From positions 53,049 through 117,048 of the forward strand of contig OY969564.1 in assembly GCA_963701095.1 (NCBI GenBank): a stretch of DNA of 64,000 bases, written 5' to 3'. Positions 59,840-64,000 of the stretch are shown here, one piece after another. The stretch is from an uncultured Methanoregulaceae archaeon (GTDB lineage: Archaea > Halobacteriota > Methanomicrobia > Methanomicrobiales > Methanospirillaceae). Under the pieces are notes generated by a model. It was not told where the DNA came from, did no database searches, and saw only the letters and a list, made by a program, of their open reading frames with translations. Position 1 is the stretch's first letter; every line of letters begins with the position of its first letter. The translations under genes and the position numbers were made by a program.

Positions 59840-62104
59840 TTAGGTTAGTTTTTTTAGTGCGATTTCCCGATTCTGTTTCGCGATGGCATAATCTGGTTTA
59901 ATGGCTAGGGCTTTGTCAAAAGATGCAATTGCATCATTAAGTCTACCAAGACCACTGAGCGCGACTCCGCGGGTATCCCACACCAAGGCATAATTTGGGT
60001 TAAGATTGATTGCGTTGTCACATGAGGTAAGGGCTTCTGTATACCGACCGAGATTATTCAGAGCATCCCCTCGGTTGTTCCACGCATCTGGGCTTTTTGG
60101 GTAGATTGCAATCGCTTTGTCATAAGAGGCGAGTGCTTCCGAATACCGACCGAGCATCCCTAGCAAGACTCCACGATTGTACCACACCAGAACATAATTT
60201 GGATAGATATCAATTGCCTTGTCATATGAGTCAAGTGCTTCCCTATTTCGGCCGAGCTTACGTAGTATAATCCCGCGATTGCCCCACGCTTCTGCGATAT
60301 TAGGGTTGATGGCAATTGCCTTGTCATATGAGTCAAGTGCTTCTGTATGCCGACCGAGATTTTTCAGAATATCTCCGCGATTGCCCCACGCTTCTGCGAT
60401 ATTGGGGTTGATGGCAATTGCCTTGTCATATGAGTCAAGTGCTTCTGTATGCCGACCGAGAATCCCTGACAAGACTCCATGGTTGTAACACGCATCAATG
60501 TCTTTGGGGTTTATCGCAAGGATTTTATCATAACATTCTATTGCTTTCTGGAAGTCCTTCAGATCAGAAAACATTTTTCCCTTGTTTCTCCATACAAGAG
60601 CCTCCCTTGGATTTATTTCGAGAGATTTATCATAACATTCTATTCCTTTCTGAAATTCTCCAAGATTATCTAAAGATTTACCTTTGGCTCCCCATGCTCT
60701 ATCGTTTCTCGGGTCTATCTCAAGGGCTTTATCAAAACATTTAATTGCTTCCAGATTTTTCTTCAAAAAGGAAAGAATACCGCCTTTATTAATCCATGAA
60801 TCAGCCATTCTTGGATCTAACTCAAGCGCTTTATCATAACATTCAAGTGCTTCATGGACGTTTCCCAGACAACGAAGAGCATATCCTTTATTACTCCAAC
60901 CAAGAGGATCTTTTGGATTTATTTCAAGAGCTTTGTTGTAGCATTTAATTGCTTCTGGGTATTTCTTGAGATTATCAAGATTTATGCCCATTTCATACCA
61001 TATACCGGCCACATTTGGATTTATGTCGAGAGCTTTTTCACAACATTCAATTGCCTCTTGATATTTTCCTAGATTACTAAATGCGACCGCTTTACTTAGC
61101 CAATTAGATCCTGTTAAACTCTGGTCTTCTTCAAAAACAACGTATTTTTCTTTAAAAAGGATATTATAGAGTGATATTAACTCATTTTTCAAGTCATTAA
61201 AATCTGAATATCTATTATCTGGATTTCTCTCAATACATTTCATAATCAATGTATCCAGTTGTTCCGGTATCTCAGGATTCAAACTCTTAGGTCGTTCCGG
61301 TGTTTTTTCAAAGATCTCATTTAGATCATGGAAGGGTAGTTTTCCTGTTAGCAACACATAAAGTGTCAATCCAAAAGAATAGATGTCAGATCTCGTTGTC
61401 ACTGGTCCCTTAAAAGAAAATTTATCTTGAATGTTCCTAGGGAACTGTTCCGGTGGCATAAATATAGGTGTTCCAATGCCATTTGAGACGTTTATGGAAT
61501 CCCCCAGCATTTGATCACCCAATACTTTTACCAATCCAAAATCTGTGATTTTAAAAGAATACCTGGATATAAATCTTGGATCTTGTCGCAGCAATACATT
61601 GGTGGGTTTAATATCGCGGTGAATTATCCCATATTTGTGATAGACGTAATCCATCCCTGTACAAAATTGAATGGCAAAGTCCATAGCGTTCTTAATATCA
61701 ATTTTACCAATAAATCGGTCTAGATCTCCTCCGGGGACATATTCTAAAAACAGTAAAGGTTTACCTTCGACTATTCGAATTGTATTTGCAAAAACAATGT
61801 TTGCATGGTGCTCAATTGCAATCCAGACCTCTGCTTCCGCCATGAATCTTTGGATTGCATTATTATCCCAGAGAAATTTATCCTGAAAAGTTTTAATAGC
61901 AATAAGTCCATTCGATTGTAGCTCACGAGCGATATAAACAACACCCATGCCGCCTTTTTTTATATCAACAATTTCGTAGAGATTCGAAATTTTATAACCT
62001 TTCTCCCAAGGTTTCACGGTGGGATGTAAAATATACGTGTTGGGGTTATTGTTTAAATCAGAGTCATTCTCTGGATTTATTCTAAAATTATAAAGAAATC
62101 CCAT
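59840..62104 (-). CDS. Hanks-type Ser/Thr kinase with ~12 TPR repeats
   Basis: GGMGVVY, AIK, HRDIKPTN, DFG, MPPEQ, SDIYSFG; 34-aa repeats. Confidence 0.95.
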   Translation of the reverse strand: MGFLYNFRINPENDSDLNNNPNTYILHPTVKPWEKGYKISNLYEIVDIKKGGMGVVYIARELQSNGLIAIKTFQDKFLWDNNAIQRFMAEAEVWIAIEHHANIVFANTIRIVEGKPLLFLEYVPGGDLDRFIGKIDIKNAMDFAIQFCTGMDYVYHKYGIIHRDIKPTNVLLRQDPRFISRYSFKITDFGLVKVLGDQMLGDSINVSNGIGTPIFMPPEQFPRNIQDKFSFKGPVTTRSDIYSFGLTLYVLLTGKLPFHDLNEIFEKTPERPKSLNPEIPEQLDTLIMKCIERNPDNRYSDFNDLKNELISLYNILFKEKYVVFEEDQSLTGSNWLSKAVAFSNLGKYQEAIECCEKALDINPNVAGIWYEMGINLDNLKKYPEAIKCYNKALEINPKDPLGWSNKGYALRCLGNVHEALECYDKALELDPRMADSWINKGGILSFLKKNLEAIKCFDKALEIDPRNDRAWGAKGKSLDNLGEFQKGIECYDKSLEINPREALVWRNKGKMFSDLKDFQKAIECYDKILAINPKDIDACYNHGVLSGILGRHTEALDSYDKAIAINPNIAEAWGNRGDILKNLGRHTEALDSYDKAIAINPNIAEAWGNRGIILRKLGRNREALDSYDKAIDIYPNYVLVWYNRGVLLGMLGRYSEALASYDKAIAIYPKSPDAWNNRGDALNNLGRYTEALTSCDNAINLNPNYALVWDTRGVALSGLGRLNDAIASFDKALAIKPDYAIAKQNREIALKKLT
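60211..60460 (-). repeat. recent 102-bp TPR-unit duplications
   Basis: CAATTGCCTTGTCATATGAGTCAAGTGCTTC at 60211, 60313 and 60415. Confidence 0.9.
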
Positions 62105-62290
62105 TATATACTCAAATTTTCATTCTATTTTTTACCTTTATAAGGTTTTTCGACTTTTAACATTTTGTACGAAACCTCAACTAATTTTCACCTTAAAAGT
62201 GAAGATAAAATGAAAGGTTAGGCAAAATGAATTTATTGTTGTTCACCTGGCTAAATTTAAAATATTAGTTTAATGGATCCCTTTGCCGTA

Positions 62291-63115
62291 TTAATTTCCA
62301 ACCATAATAGTTCCATTTTGTTGTTTCACCATCTTTGCCATTTCTGGGTTTAAACGATATAATTGATTATAAGCATCAAGAAATTCTTTATCGCGGTTTA
62401 AATTTTTGAGAGCTGATGCTTTGTTATACCACGCGAAGGTGTCATTTGGATTTAATTGAATGGCTCTGTCGCATGCAATGAGAGATTCATCATAACGCTT
62501 CAGAAAAACAAGGATGCCGCCCCTGTTATGCCATGCAGATGCATCATTTGGATTTAATTGAATGGCTCTGTCGCATGCAATGAGAGCTTCTTCCTGACGC
62601 TTCAGAAGAAAAAGGACACCGCCTTTCTTCCACCATGAGGTTGCATTATTTGGAGTGAATTGTAGAGCTTGGTCATGCGCATTCAAAGCTTCTTCAAATT
62701 GTTTAAGTACATGACTAAAGATGGCTGCCTTCTCTTGCCACGCAATCAATGCATGATCATTATCGGGATTTAATTGAAGGACTCGATTATATGAGTCTAG
62801 AGCTTCTTCATGCCGGTTCAAATTATTGAGGATATACCCTCTCATGCACCATGAGTCCGTATCATTTGGGTTTAGGTTAAGGGCGTGGTCATATGCCACC
62901 AGGCTCCCTTCGTAGCGTTTTAAATCAATAAGCATTCGTCCTTTAAATTTCCATAAATCTGATGATTCTGGCTTTAATTGAATCGCCACATCACAAGCAG
63001 TAAAGGCATCTAAAAATAATCCCATATTATAGTTTTTAAAGGCAGCATCCATCCATTGATTGGCATTTTTTCCCTCAATTGTTTTCTCGGTTGAAGAAAA
63101 AACCATTATTATCAA
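62291..63115 (-). CDS. TPR-repeat protein
   Basis: About 7 TPRs; identical ~43-bp blocks 102 bp apart (62442, 62544). Confidence 0.9.
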   Translation of the reverse strand: MIIMVFSSTEKTIEGKNANQWMDAAFKNYNMGLFLDAFTACDVAIQLKPESSDLWKFKGRMLIDLKRYEGSLVAYDHALNLNPNDTDSWCMRGYILNNLNRHEEALDSYNRVLQLNPDNDHALIAWQEKAAIFSHVLKQFEEALNAHDQALQFTPNNATSWWKKGGVLFLLKRQEEALIACDRAIQLNPNDASAWHNRGGILVFLKRYDESLIACDRAIQLNPNDTFAWYNKASALKNLNRDKEFLDAYNQLYRLNPEMAKMVKQQNGTIMVGN

Positions 63116-63415
63116 TCCTATTGTAAATTTGTAACATCTTAATACTTTATTTAAAAAAACCTAAACAAGGGTGTTCTTTTCTATCCAACATCATCTTATA
63201 TTCCGTGCAGTACTGCCACTGGATCGCGCTTCAAGGCATTAAGTAAAATCAAATCGGGGTACAATTTATCTTATGATTTTTGTCAGAGTTTTTCTGGAAA
63301 ACAAATTGCCACATGGAATTTTAATTAATATCTATCTTGCGGACTTTGTGTGGCACATACCTTTTATTATTTAATTCTCAATATACCATATAATTATTAA
63401 AAGATGGTGACGTAA

Positions 63416-63841
63416 ATGGGCGTTGTAGTTGAAATTCTAAAGAAAGTAAGAGATCCGCTTAATCTCTTATACATGGCAATGCCACGAGTTTCGATGAAAC
63501 CAATTGGTGGTGGACGTGCAACGTCTACAGAATATGTACCGGATCAACTTGTATTTGATGTTCATATATGGAATGACCGAGTGCAACTTTTCAAGGTCGG
63601 TGGCGGGATAAATCTCCAGTCATCAAATCTTGCAGTACGAATGATGGTAGAACAATTATATCCAATGTATGTCAATATCAGAGAAGTTTGTGATATTGGA
63701 GATATAGATGAAATAGAAAAACGTGGGCGGGAATTATCAGATACCGATGATCCAACCCCATATACAACCGCATTTAACGAGTTTGTAAAATTAAAAGAAC
63801 GTAGAATCAAAGATTTCGAAGCAGGTGATATACAAGGATAA
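63416..63841 (+). CDS. hypothetical protein
   Basis: TATA-rich upstream region, SD GGTGA, 141-aa ORF. Confidence 0.65.
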   Translation: MGVVVEILKKVRDPLNLLYMAMPRVSMKPIGGGRATSTEYVPDQLVFDVHIWNDRVQLFKVGGGINLQSSNLAVRMMVEQLYPMYVNIREVCDIGDIDEIEKRGRELSDTDDPTPYTTAFNEFVKLKERRIKDFEAGDIQG

Positions 63842-64000
63842 CAAACCCAAATCCGATAATACCATTTAATTTTGCACTTGCTATCCCCAGTGATGTGATA
63901 CGGAATTGAATATTTTTTGAGAACCGGGTATTTTCGTTGTGCTATGCGCCATAAGCTATGGCGGATATTCTGCCGTCCCTTATGTCCTCGTTCCCATGAG

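Noticed and set aside
60211-62590. Regularly spaced repeats as a CRISPR array
   Set aside because: The period is 102 bp (34 codons) inside TPR ORFs, with no unique spacers or cas genes.
63947-63963. Palindrome CGCCATA-AGC-TATGGCG near the window end
   Set aside because: It is a single occurrence with no downstream context visible, so it cannot be interpreted.

Overview
This is archaeal DNA. Gene content and promoter style point to a Methanomicrobiales methanogen, probably Methanoregula-like (inference). Bases 1-43.9 kb are mostly host housekeeping and cell-surface genes: a CHAD-HD gene with ppk1, a winged-HTH regulator with a Kelch/PKD surface protein, cimA-ilvB-ilvH, a lactate permease, a hybrid kinase, uppP-gpmA-PMM-pgk, an NRAMP/MgtE-type metal transporter operon, serS, HEAT-repeat genes, tRNA-Glu(TTC) and ilvE. 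From 43,990 there is an integrated head-tail (Caudoviricetes-type) provirus. It carries a tyrosine integrase, a divergent RHH switch, an antirepressor-like gene, a DUF1064 nuclease, a Dam methylase, a DUF4238 moron, ParB/Srx plus an ABC-ATPase-GNAT (Mom-like), TerS, TerL, HicBA and a portal. An AT-rich Ser/Thr-kinase-TPR and TPR block follows. Four observations stand out. (1) A 19-bp palindrome, AGTTTCA-TTTTT-TGAAACT, sits about 12 bp upstream of a TATA box at three host promoters (two exact copies, one with a single mismatch) and again exactly inside the provirus immunity region. (2) That viral copy precedes an unannotated ~54-aa ORF resembling the C-terminus of the viral repressor, a possible host-triggered mimic anti-repressor. 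(3) The provirus has a packaging-linked Mom-like DNA-modification module. (4) A highly structured 109-nt leader precedes the metal-transporter operon and is a riboswitch candidate. About nine genes carry 1-bp frameshifts at or next to short homopolymers, most likely long-read assembly errors. All family assignments are by motif recognition, not database search.
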